DNA from: Lama guanicoe
Taxonomy: Eukaryota
Reading direction: 5' to 3'
NCBI GenBank assembly: GCA_013239625.1
Contig: MU053504.1
Location: 2,364,607 to 2,428,606, forward strand
DNA length: 64,000 bases
Below, in pieces: positions 12,601-25,800 of the stretch. The position numbers and the translations under genes are program-made. Numbering within the stretch: the stretch's first letter is position 1; each line of letters begins with the position of its first letter. The notes below the pieces were generated by a model. That model saw only the letters and a list, made by a program, of their open reading frames with translations, ran no database searches and was not told the origin of the DNA.

Positions 12601-15600
12601 GAAGTTTTTCTAACAGTGTTTGTTCCTGACTCCCAGAGGTGCCTGGCCTTGGGGCTGGAGAGGTGGGAAAGAAGTCCCACCCTCTGAGGTAGAAGGAGTC
12701 CTCACTCAGAGTGGTCAGCTGAGTCTCCCTGCTTTATGCCCAGCATTTTTTTCCAGGAGGGGTTCCAAGCCCAGCCACGTAGTTGAGAGTTTTGCACACT
12801 GTGATTTTTGGGGAGCTGGGGAGGTCATCTGCTTCTGGTACAGAAACAGCTCCCTGCTTGAGATGCCACCATTAGAACATCACCTCTTTGAGTTCAGCAT
12901 CGCCCCGTTGCCCTCTCCATCTGCCTCTGGAGAGCACAGGGAAGTCAGGTAGGAGCTCTGCAGATTAACTGGCTTGTTTTGGGTTCCATCTAGGATGTTG
13001 TGAGGTGGAGCTTCAGACTTGGCCTTGGGAAACCTTGTTGGGGGTCTGAGTAGGGCTGGGTCCAATGTGGGAGCAGAGCCAGGGCTAGAGATGGGGAGAC
13101 AGAGTAATGGGAGCTGAAAAGAGCTTAATCCACTTCAGTATTGGCCCTGTCCTTATCTCTTTTCCTCTTTCTGTAAAATGAGATTAGAGAGATTTTTCTT
13201 CTTTGCTCCCCAGAGGCTGTGGAAGCCAGGAGCTCCTGAGATTTCCTGCTTGGATACCTTCTTGCAGACCTCATGTAAAGGAATGAGGACGTCACATGGG
13301 ATGCCAGTTTGTAGGAACTGGGCCAGGAAGGAGGGAGAAGGGAGGAGGGTGTGGCAGCCCTGTCCTTTGAGGCTTTCCTGTTTGGTCATGAGGACACCTC
13401 TGGGCAGGTGACTTGGTCTCCCAGGCTGACTGGCCTAGAGAGGGTCTGATGACCACACAGGGATGGAGTCTCTTTGCTCCAAATTCTGACCCCAGGGTTT
13501 AGGGGATCTGTGTATCTTTATCAGCAGATCCTGCCAGCCTCCCAAAAAACAGGGAGGTAGACTCAGTGGCATTCTTTTCTGCATTTTGGGAAACTGAGCA
13601 AGCTCGTTGCTGCTAGAAGCTCACTAGGCCCATGGTTCTAGGGAGTGTGCCTTCTCTGGCAGGGAATATGCTGGAAGCTTGTCCACACTGCCTGTGTCCT
13701 AGTCTGCTGAGTTGAGGTGATGGCTGTGGCAGAGCCTGAAGCCAGCAGGTTAGAGCTAAGGGTGGACTTCCTAACAGATGGACTCCGGGCCTTGTTACCG
13801 GTGTTTGGCACCTGGCATCTTCTGTGCCCTACCCAGGTGCTTGGAGCCTGTGGGAACACAGGACAGGGTCCTCACTCACCAGGAAATAAGAGTGAGCCAT
13901 GCCAGGTGTGATATAATGAGGTGTAATTCAGACCAGCTTCTTGGAGGAAGTGGTGCCTTCAGAGGGCCCTGAAGTCCTGGGCCACTTGGCTGACAGAGGA
14001 GAGGATGGCATTCCTGAGGTAGAGGGGGAGCCCAAGGCTGGAGAAGTTGGTTGAAGCCTTGGCTGCCAAGTCACTGAGTCTAGGCTTGGTTCACTAGGCC
14101 CTGGGGAGCCATCAAAGGTTATAGGCCATGGGTGCAGTGACTTGATTAGAACAGTGGTCTATAAAATTACTTCCCAAACTCTACCAGACACATGGGTCGC
14201 CTGGGCAGCTTGTTAAAGTTCAGGTTCTAAGAGGCTTCTGGGTGGTGTAATGCTGCCAGGCCATGGGTCGTCTTTGCTTAGTGAGGACTGAAGCTGGGGA
14301 CCACGGCCCAGGTCAGATGAGACCCGGAACAGGTAAAGGGGACCATCCTGGCTCCTTTGGACTGTGTTGGGGGAGGCGGAGGGATAGAGGGTGTGTATAG
14401 AGGGTGTGGGATGCAGGGGCTACTCTGCTGGGGAGTGGGGCTGAGTGAAGGACCTCTGGGGACTTGGGTCTCAGGCTAGGAACACAGGCCTGATTTTTAC
14501 AGTGCCCAACTGTGAGGAGCTCCCAAAATGATGACAGAGTGTCTTAAGCCACTGCCCCAGGGCAGGGTGACATGCGGGCGCACGTAGGGCATCTTATCTT
14601 TCCCCGCAGCCCAGCCCGGCCCTGTGGGTAGCCAATCTGGGGTGAGCACTCTTCCTCCAGCCAGGGTGGGGCCAAGGAGATTGGGGAAACAGCTGACTCC
14701 AGCCCTAGACATGCCATCTTCTCCTGAAAGCCCCTGAGGTCTCCTCAAGCTGAGCCGTCAACCCCAGCGAGCATCCTTTACTCCAGCCTGGCCTGCCTGA
14801 GGCCCTGTGGCCGCCTGGATGGTTGCTTGAGCTGCTGTTGGGACCTTAGCCCACTCGGGCTGCCTCCCCAGTGCACCGGGAAGTGGGGAGGCCTGGATGC
14901 TTCTCTCCGCTCTGCCCTCAGCTGGGCCACTACAGGCAAGTGTCTGTTCTGCTCCAAGGCCTCAGTTTCCTGCACATTGAGGAAATCAATTCCCTCCCTG
15001 GGGACCAGGGCTCCGGAGAGTTGCAGGGTATATTGGGTGGAGCACTGCATCTTCCCAGAATGGCAGTGTAATATATTTCAATTTAGGTTGACTATTTAAA
15101 CTCATGTGCTAATGATGGAGTGGGAGGAGCAGTTTGCCCAGAAGAGCTTGAGTTAGGGATCTCCCAAGGCCCCTTGCTTGCTGGGCTCTGCTTGGCCTAA
15201 AGGATGGTATCTGAGGGCACTGGTCAAATGAGGTCCCTCGAGCCTAGCAGGAGGGTAGACAGTCACTTCACTCAAAGAAAGGTGGGAAGGGCAGAGGGTA
15301 AAAGGAGAGGTTCTGCTGCTCTGGGCAGTGCCAAGAGGGGCTTTCAGGCTGAGCTCCCAAAATGTCACACATACCTTCTAAAAGGATACCCCTGCCCGCC
15401 CCCACCATTGATGCCTGCCCATGTGCTCTGTGGTGTGCCAGGCTGTCCTGAGGGAGTAGGAGGGGGTGGCATTTCTCAAAGACTGTTCTGAGAAACGTCA
15501 AGCATTCAGGGGTCAAACGAGGGTAGAAACGGAAATTCCACTCCGCTACCCTGTGAGAGATTCAGAATACTAAGAGAATTAAAGGCTCTGACAAGTCCTG

Positions 15601-16213
15601 TAGAAAAAGAAATGTGTTTCCTAAACTGATCTGACCGTGAAAAAAAAATTTTTTTTGGAGAACTTCCTAATAATGTCCCACTGACCAATAAAATACATGG
15701 TTGGAAGGATGCTGCTCCATGAGAGACCACACATATGGGTGATAGATGGGCCCAGAAGAACAGGGAGGGAGGGAAGGATGGACCGATAGCTTCCTGAGGC
15801 AGGCAGACTTGGTGGGACAGGTGCAGTTTGGATTGTGGAAGAAAAGGGCACTGCAGGGGGAGGGATGGCCTGGAGGGGACTGGGGCCCAGAACCAGCCCT
15901 GGGTTCTAGTTCTTTGCTTCACTGGGTGGGTGGGGAAGGGACACAGCAGTAGCCAGGCCTGGGTCTTTGAGATTCTGGGGGGGACCTCCCATCCCACCCT
16001 TCCCTACATCTTCTTGCTCTGTAAGTTCTCTCCAAGCCTTGTTCCTCAGACAGCCAGGTTGTGATCCCTGGGCAAGAAGCTTAAAACAAACAAACAAACA
16101 GACCAAAACCCAAAAAAACCTTCTCTGTGCCTCAGTTTCCTCATTTGTACCGTGGGGGTAATGTTACCTCCCTCAGAGGGAGGTTGTGACACTCATATTC
16201 CTGTTAGCTGCTC

Positions 16214-16784
<571 letters not shown>

Positions 16785-19700
16785 TTCTGTGAGTTGCTCT
16801 TAATATGATTGACATGGCTGTAGGCAGTGTCTCCAAGAGGGACCCAGGGAAGGGGACAGTTGTCAGGGACAGATGAGAGGCACAAAGGCCTGCAGAGAGC
16901 ATGTAAAGTGTAGGGTGGGGTCCTGGTTAGAACAGAGGAATGATCAGAGTGAGACTGGCTTCCTGGAGGAGAGGCCAGCAGGGTGGGGAGATTTGGGCAG
17001 AGTGAGATTTCAAGGGCTACCCTCAGCCCTGTGGGCCTAGTCTGGGGATGGGAGTCAGAGGGTCTGGTTTGGTGTGTGTAGGAGATAAAGGAACTGAGGG
17101 CAGGGAGGAGGTGTTGGGGACCTGCCTTCATTCGTTAGACCACTGGGAGCCATTGAAGGTTTTTGAGCAGGGCAGTGGTTTGATCAGAGCAGTGCTTTAG
17201 TGAGAAAAGTGGCAGGGATGTGATGGTGGGTTGGGGGCACAGGACCCCCACATTGGGCTTCCTCACAGCATAGCTGTGCCCTCGCACGTCTCAAAGCATG
17301 GGGAAGGGTTGGATGGTTCATATTACCCTCAGATTATTGGAGCTCTGAGTCATTTTCCCAAAAGGTTAAGAAATCTCATCCTTGTCGCCTTCCCGGAAGG
17401 GGTGTCTAACAGGCAGGAGGGGAGAGTCCCAGGACCCCTGCTTCCCCTACATCCTCTGTGGCTGAGAGAGAAGGTCACTGAAGCCACCTGCCTTGCCCCT
17501 TGCCACATCTCATTTCCTCCGAGGTGTGAGGACTCTTTGTTCAGACGCCCAGGTGGGGGCGATGGGTGTGGCATTTCAGACAGCGACCCAGAAGTTGCTG
17601 TCATGGTGCAGGGTAGGGTGGACAGGCTGACGCGGTGACAGCGGTCCTCGGGGGGGGGGGGTCCTGGCAGAGGATGCTCGGTGAGCTTTCTTACCCTGTG
17701 CAGCTACACTCTCATCTTCCTTCACCCCCGTTTCTTTCTTCCACAAGTGGACAGGAGCCCAGGACTTTTCCTGCTCTCTCTAAATCAGGGGTCAGGAGGA
17801 TGGAGGAGGAAGGAAAGCCTTTGGGTTCAGCCAGACTACAGTGGCCTGGCTGTGGGGGAAGTTGGGTGAGTAAGTTCAGCACCCCTGCCCCTCAGTGCAG
17901 GTTCCCTTCTCCTCTAGCTGCTTCTTGGTCTGGGGAGGGTGTTAAGGGAGGTGTGATTTAAGACCAGAAGCAGCACTTGGAAATGGGTTGTAATTTATTA
18001 GGAAACAGAACAAAGAACCCAGCCACCCTCTGCCAATCTGTGCGAGACCCTGGGAGACCTGGAGTTCCTGTCCTCGCCACATGGCCCACAAGGGAACACT
18101 GGCAGTGCTAGCAAATGGCATGACTGCGTCTCAAACCCAAGTTCTAGGACTTCTGGTTGGATGCCCTTTTGTCAAGTCACAGACTCCTCAGAGCCTGGTC
18201 TCCGGACCTTCAGCTGTGACTTCCTACCCACAGTCAAACCTCCCCAGACCAGCCCAGACCAGCCCCCCCAAACTCCTGACCCCAGGGAGGAGGGGCCGAA
18301 GGGTCCTCCTTGTGGTCTGACAAATAACTAGACCTTGAGTCAGCAACATTTTAAGATGACTCAAGCAGAAGACACTCAGGACCACCAATGGGCAAACATT
18401 CTTAGGAAAGATTTTTAAATGAGTCCTTTAGTTGTTAAATACACAGATCCTTTTTATTCTCTTTTATTTTGGAAAATTAATTTAAGAAATCACATACAAT
18501 AAATGTAAAACTTTTGAGTTAATCTGAAAAAGTAGATCAAGAAAAGATAATGAACCTAATACATTTCTTGGTTTTAAAGAAAGAGTGACGCCTGAGCCTT
18601 AGTATCTTCCTGAGTGTGTATCGGAGTGCCTTACATTAGGTGGCAGTTGTGGGCCCTCTCCTCACCTCACTTTCCTCCTCTGTAGAAGGGGGTGGATTTT
18701 GACATGAGGATTAACCAAAATATTCCATGTGAAATGCTTAGCATTGCTGTCTGGGCCTCAGAGGTGCTCAGTGAAAAATACAGACAATGATGATAGAATT
18801 AAAAGAAGACATTTCTTTGTTTCCCCCCCAATTGACGTAGACTTGATTTACAATGTTGTGTTAAGAACAGACATTTCTTGATTCCAAAAGCTGGTGAGTT
18901 ATTAAGTCTCTCTTTGAACTCAACAAAAGAGCTTGAAGAATGTGTTTATTGTCCGATCTCAGCGTCTTAACTCCGTAGGCGTTTTATGGGTTAAATCATG
19001 GGGCCCACGTGTGCGTTGTGAAATGAGCACCACTGGCTTTCAGGCCTGGTCTCAGCTCTTCCTGCGGCCGGCAGCTGGTGGCGGGTGGTGTCCTGCTTCA
19101 GGGCTGAACTTTATGGAGCGCCCCTTATGGGGTGATCCTGTGTTAGGAGAGCGTGTGGAGGACTTGTTAGGAGAGTACAGTTAAACCACCTTAGAGGTAC
19201 CAGGAGGGGAAACTCTTGGGCCAGAGAGAGGACTGTTGAGAGGGAATTAGGATTGAGTTGCTCTTAGAATTTTTATCTGTGCTGCCAAAAGCCCCTAGAC
19301 CACTATCTCTGTCCCAGTTTATGGAGGATGAAACCAAGAGCAAAGGGCTGTGGTCTGGCAAGCCTGAAGCCAGCCCCCATGGGAGCAGGGAGACTAGGGT
19401 GGCCCCCAGCCCACCTAACACCCTGGCCAGGAGGCAGGTGGCCTTCCGGTGGCAGCCCCAAGTTCTGGCAGTGTAGCTGGGGTGAGCCGCCAGGCCTGGG
19501 GACGCCTCCTGCTAGCCCCGAGTGCCTGGCACAATGTGTGCAGTGTCAGTGTGTGGGGAGGGGTGGGACAGAAGTGCCAAGAGGCCTGCTGCCCCGGGAG
19601 GCCGAGGGAGGGCCCGAGAGGCGGGCGAGCACTAGTAGAGAGGTGAGCCGAGCCTTGTCCAGCCCGGCTCTGCCGCTCACTCTGTCCGGGGGTCCTCATC

Positions 19701-21089
19701 ACACCTGTGAGCCTTTCTGAGCCTGTCTCCTCATCTGTCAAGTGGGCATCAGGGGGTGTGGGGGAATTAAGCGATGCCATGAATGGAGAATGCCCAGTGT
19801 GGGGCCTGGCACATGAAGAGCTCAAAAATAGAGATTTGCTCTGGGGTTTATTTTATCTGGTGGCTGGATTTGGGGGGATGTTTTCTTTCTTCTATGTTGT
19901 TACCACGCATGACACCTTTGCTGCGTGATAAACCATGCTGAGGCAGGTAGAGATGAGTGAGTGTGTTCGGGGGTGGTGAGCAGAGGAGAGGGACCTCTGC
20001 AGGAAGAGTTTACAGTGGAGGGGACCCCCTTCCCACAAATGCTGCCTGGACCTGGCAAGCCTTGGGTAGCCCAGCTCTGCCATCGGGCCTGTGGCCTGTC
20101 CTCGTGGGCCGGGAGGACAGGTCCTGGACTGGGCAGAGTGGGGACCCCACCCGTGGCTCAGGAGAGAGGACTGGCCTGCAGGAGACCCCCCTCCTCCCAG
20201 GGGCTGGAGCCGAAGCACAGACGGGCTTTGTGCAGAGTCACGAGGGGCCGGCAAGGGGGAACTGCGCCCGGGCTGAGCTGTCTCACAAGCCTCAGTTCTT
20301 GTCCGTGGTTTTGAAAGAGTCAGTGGAAAGTGGTGACTGGGCTGTCCTCCATCACCCCAGAACTGAGAGGCTGCGGCTCCTGGCAGGGAGAGGGGAGAAG
20401 CCCCGCTGGGAGGCCACCTCCTCATCTGCCAGCTTCAAGTGCCTGTCTGCAGAATGAGTGGATGTCCACGTGGTGACACTAACCCAGGTTGGGGCTGGTC
20501 AGGGCCGAGCCTGCAGGTGATGCCTAGGGCAGCGGGGCTGGTGGAGGGCCCTGGGCTGTGTGTCTGGGGGCCTGCTCGGCCCTGTGATGAGGGGCGGCCT
20601 GGAGGAGTGGTCCCAACTCTGGTGATAGCCCCAAGGAAAGAACTGGCCTCTGGAATCAGGCCACTGAGGGCCCTCCTCTTGCCTGTAGGTCCTGCACCAA
20701 ATTTCTTGTCTTTCCTACCTCAGAGGCTTGTTGTGAAGGGGAATGGAGGTGACCAGTTGACACAGAACTTGTAAGTCTGGTCCTGGTGTCATGACTGGTC
20801 ACCGAGTCATCCTGACCTATCCTTGCCCTCTCCCCAACATCCGTCATTCAGCAAATGCCAAGGCGGTCACCACAGCACTTCACCCTCTGGTGCCCTCCTG
20901 CCTGTTACTTCCTCTGCTCCAGAGTCACCTCATCACAGAAGCATCCCTGACACACAGCAGAGCCTCTCCCCTCACCTGCTTTGCTTTGTGGCACCTGCCA
21001 GCCCCCACCTGTTAGATCCTCGAGGGGGAGGCTTCTGACCGTTTCTGCATCTCGTGTGCCCGGCACAGCGTAGCACTCACTCAGCTTCT

Positions 21090-21590
21090 GTTGTTGTTGT
21101 TCTGGTTGTTTTTATTGTGGTAAATAAAATACACATAACATAAAATTTCTCATTTTGACCATTTTAAAGCATACAGCTCAGTGGTATTAAATACATTCAC
21201 ATTGTTGTGCAGCCATCACCGCCGTCCATCTTCAGAACTTTATTTCATCTTCCCAAACTGAAACTCTGTACCCTTTAAACACTATCTCCCCATTTCTCCC
21301 TCTCCCCTGCCCCTGGCAACCACCATTCTACTTTTTGTCTCATGAATTTGACTACTCTAGGACCCTCCTAGAAGTGGAATAATACAGTATTTGTCCTTCT
21401 GTGACTGGCTTATTTCCCTTAGCATCATGTCTTGGAGGTTCATCCATGTGTCAGAATTTCCTTCCTTTTTCCAGGCCGAATAATATTCCATTGTATGCGT
21501 GGACCACATTTTGTCTATTCATCCGGCGATGGACACTTGAGTGGCTTCCACCTTTTGGCTATTGTAAATAATGCTGCTGTGAATGTGAGG
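21090..21590 (-). mobile_element. Old LINE-1 (L1M) 3' fragment
   Basis: TTTTATTGTGGTAAA...CCTGGCAACCACCATTCTACTTT...GACTGGCTTATTTCCCTTAGCAT...TTTTGGCTATTGTAAATAATGCTGCT. Confidence 0.8.
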
Positions 21591-22274
21591 GAAGCTGTGT
21601 CCTAAGGGAGACAAAACACAGATGTCTCTGAAGGCTTCTAAGTGGGAGCCTAGGACCTGTTAGAGAACAGAGCAGGTTTGATGGCAGATGAGGAAACAGT
21701 CTTCCCCAAGATTACCCATCCCTGTACCCTGGGTCCTCTCTAGGGGAACGGTCCCCATGGGTAGAGGTTGGACCTCTCTGGCCTGAGGTACATTTCAGAT
21801 GTTCAATGCCGAGTGCTTTGGGAGTTGAGCAGCCACTGGAGAGGGAGACCCTCAGCCTAAGCTGAGTGGTAGGGAGTGGACCTTGGGTACTGCCTGACTT
21901 GCTGCTCTCTCTGCCTCTTCTGCTCCTGCACGGGCAGACCCCCGATGTTCTGGGCTGACGTGGAATCTGCATTTGCAGTCTGCTCTAGAGCAGCGATTCT
22001 CAGCCTTGGCTATACATTAGCATCATGTGAGGTCCTTAAAAAAAAATCCATACTCAAACCCCACCCTAAAGAGTGATTTAGATGACCTGGTCTCAGGGCT
22101 TGGTATTGGTCTTTAAAAAAAATCTCTAGGCAAGTCTAATGCACAGGCTGGGAGGGAGTTCCTATCTCCTGGGCCTTGTAAGCTGTAGGGCCTGGTCCAG
22201 GCTCTCTGCTCACTGTTCCCCAGCCCTGAATTTCAGAAAAGTTTACCCAGGTGTCTCTACCCCAAGGGGTCTCT

Positions 22275-22800
22275 GAGGAGAGAAAATTGCTGACAGTATT
22301 AGTTACCTATTGCTGTGTAACAAACTACTCCAAAATTTAGTAGCTTAAAATGGCAACGAACAGTTATCCTCCATTTCTGTGGGTGAGGAATTTGGAAGCA
22401 GTTTAGTTGTTTCTGGCTGGAGGTCTCTTGGGAGGTTGCAGTCAAGAAGCTGAGCTGTAGTCTTCGGAAGGCTTGCCCGGGGCTGGTGGATTTGCTTCCA
22501 GAGTGCGTCAGTCACAGCCACATGCTTGGCGAGATGGTTTGGCTGATGGGAGGGCTCAGTCCCTTGCCTCTCTCTGGGTTTGCTTGAGTGTCCTCACAGC
22601 ATGGTGACTGGCCTCCCCTCTAGTAAGCTGTCTGAGAGAACAAAGTGGAAGCCACAATGTGAATATGACCTAGTTTTGGAAGTCACACTCCATGCTTCTA
22701 CCATATCCTGTTGGTTACACAGGCCAGCTTTGGCGGGGGCATACTAAGGCATGGAACTAGGAGAGGCGAGGATCAGCAAGGGCCATCTTGGAGGTTGCTG
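22275..22800 (-). mobile_element. MaLR LTR (MLT1)
   Basis: GTATTAGTTACCTATTGCTGTGTAACAAACTACTCCAAAATTTAGTAGCTTAAAA...GGCCATCTTGGAGG. Confidence 0.7.
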
Positions 22801-25800
22801 ACCTGTGGCTGCGCTTGGGGCCTCACAGACCTTTCCTGGAAGGGTCAAGTACCCCCAGTAACTAGAGTGGCCCTTCTCTGACTCGTCCGTTCCTCCCTGT
22901 CATCAGACCATAGCAGTGTCACTGAGGGGGGGTGTGGTTTTCTCTGAGGCCTGCAGGTCTTGCTCCAGAGTCATCATGCAGTAGGGTCTGTGAGCTCTCT
23001 ACTGGCTGGATTCCCCATCCCCACTCATGTCTGGTGTCCTGGTCCAGCTCTCTCTCTGATGACCCTAATAGTGTGCAGACTTGGGCCTGTAGTAAAACTA
23101 GCATAAGAACCATTGCTGCTACATGCCTGGCTCTGGGCTAAGCATTTTGCATGCCACACTCAACCCTGTGAGGCAGGGGCTCTTTATCCCCACTCTACAG
23201 ATGAGGAACTGAGGCTCAGGTCACTTATCTAAAAACTAGTGGAGACTCAACCACTGGTATTCAAAAACAAGGGCCTGTTTGAAAACCATGGTGCTAGAAG
23301 GTATTCCCAAAGGAGCAGACTATTTACCAAGCTGAGTCATCAATTGAAACAGAAGGGTGTGTGTGTGTGAAAGAGAGAGAGAGAGAGAGATCAGAAGAAA
23401 GGTGTATTTTCATGGGGTTCCCCAAGGGCTGTGATGACTTGGGTTCCTCAGAACAGGGCTGGTATTTTGGTCTTGAGGCTGGTTTTCTCTCTCTAGATGC
23501 AGCCCTTCCCAGGGTAGTGAGTGTCTGTGAACGCCATCTCCCATTAGCCCTCCCTGCCCACAGCCTGATTTGGTGTCACCAAGGGCATTCTTGTGCCAGT
23601 GTACTCACTGGCGCGGTAACCAGCTCTGTGGTCTCTTACACTTCTGCGGTTGATAACTCCCTTGAGGGGGTTCAGAGTTGGGGTGTCAGATTCTGCTCAG
23701 AGGGAGGTGTACCAGGCTATATGGTCTCATCCTAAGGGGTACTAAAGGGAGCCACAGTGAAACCTGTACCTTTAGGACTTTGTTGGGGATGCAGGAAGCT
23801 GGTTAATAGGGTCTGGGGTCAGGACTTACCTCATTCAGGATAGGGGTGATTGTTCCCATTTTACAGATGGGGAAACGAAGCTCAAGCGCTAATAGACTCA
23901 CCCAAGGCAGCGCTGGGTAGGGACACAGGCTGCTGCCTGGGCAGTGTCATGTTCTCCAGGAGTGGTAGTCATGGTGTCAGACCCCTGAACTCTCTCTGGG
24001 CTGGGGCAGCATGGGCTATGCCTGCCTCTGGAAGATCTGGGATCTAAGGGGAAGAATGTGGGCCCTGGTAGAGAGGTGACCTGCAGTTAAGACCTCTGTG
24101 TGCAGACCCAGACAATGATGGGAAACGGGGTGTACATAGATCAGAGAGGGAAGCTGGTGGTGCTGGCCCAGATTTTGAAAGGTTTCATAGATGTTTAGAT
24201 GATCAGCACCTGATCTGATCGATTGTCAGAGTGTGATCTGCTCAATTCTTTTTGCTGAAGGTGGGTGAGATCCCTAGGGTGGAGTTTGGGGTAAAGCCCT
24301 TTCAGTGTGAGTATGGGGGCTGGAAAGCAGCCCTGGGCTCTGCCCTGGCCCGTCTCCACCCTGTTTCTCTCTCCGGCTGCACAGTCATCAAGGCTGCCTA
24401 CTGAGCTTTCTGCCCATTGGAAAGACCCTGCCCTTTCTCTGACTTCTCTCCATGCTTTCTTTCCCTCCTCCACCCCCTCAGCTAGTCTCCAATGTCTGTC
24501 TTTGCAGGCAGCTATAAGGTGGGGTCCTGGGACAATTCCCTTGGGTCTGTCCCACCTTGCAGAGCATCAAGAGAAACAAACCAGCTGGAGTGCTCGCCTC
24601 CCCAGGACTGCCTTCCCCTCCTGCCTGCCAGTGCCTGTATGCACCGTGCCTTTGGCTCTGACTCCCCCAAAACACTGAGTCTCGGGCTGCCCCTCTCCAT
24701 GCAACTCAGGCTCCCCACTTCTCTTCTGAAAAGGCTTACAAAGCCTTTTAAATTGTGCTTTTAGGGACTTTACACATCTGGTTGCAGGAAAGAGATATGA
24801 GTAATAAAGACATTGTGCTTGGAGAAAAGTCTTAAGTACCAGGAAGGAAGATGGGGCCCCTGGAACCCCTTCCCCATGGTGGCCTGTGAAGGTGGGGGGC
24901 TCTGCAGAATGAGGCCCCCACACATCGTCTCTTTTGTTGAGCTTGGGGTTGGCTGACGGCTACTGTTTCTGATGCCTCCCCTACCCCCCTAGTGCAAGAC
25001 GGGCAGGATGGTCAGGCTGAGTCAGGGTTGGGGGTCAGTCAAACATAGGCTGTGGGATAGTCTGATTGATGTCAAGATCAAGGTCCAATCTGATATTAGG
25101 GTTGGGGCCAAGGCTGAGTCTGAGCTCAGGTGATGATGGCTTCTTTTACAGGTGAATGGAGCTCCAGGCCCTAGGAGAAGTGGTTCCTTTCTCTGTCCTA
25201 GTCTCTGGCAATTGTCCTCCCTTTCCCTCCCTCTTTGAGGTGGCCCTGGAAGGTGGCCACACCTTTTCCCTGTGCTATCATTTAATTCTCCCAGCAGTCC
25301 CACCAGGTAGCTATACTTATCCCCATTTTGCAGATGAGAAAGCTTAAAGACTAAAGGAGGCAGGCAGTTAAGCATCAGGCACAGGGCTTAGACAAGTATG
25401 TCCAGGAGGCGGGGTACAGATGCGGTGTCCCTGGGGTGAGTTCAGAGGTATTGGCCAGGTGGGGCCCAGAGAAGGGAAGACACTGGTCTGGGGTCACCAG
25501 CCAAGAGAGAGACTGACCTGGGGCCGGAACCCAGGTCTCTGGGCTCCCAGGCCAGTATTCTCTCCTCACCCTGAGCCTTCTGGGCCCCCAGGCTGCCCCT
25601 GCCCTGTCCCCCTGCCCGTGGCTGGCCAGGCCTGCCTCAGCTATCCTGGTCTTCACTTCCTGGCTAGCTGGCCTGGGTGAGGAGGGCTGCGGAGGGTCTG
25701 GCTGGGCGGGGTTCAGGCTCTGTCCCTCCCTGGGGTTGAGGGGTAGGAGGAGCCTCATGGGCAGACACAGAGCCCCTTTGTCTGGGCCGCTGTGCAAAGC

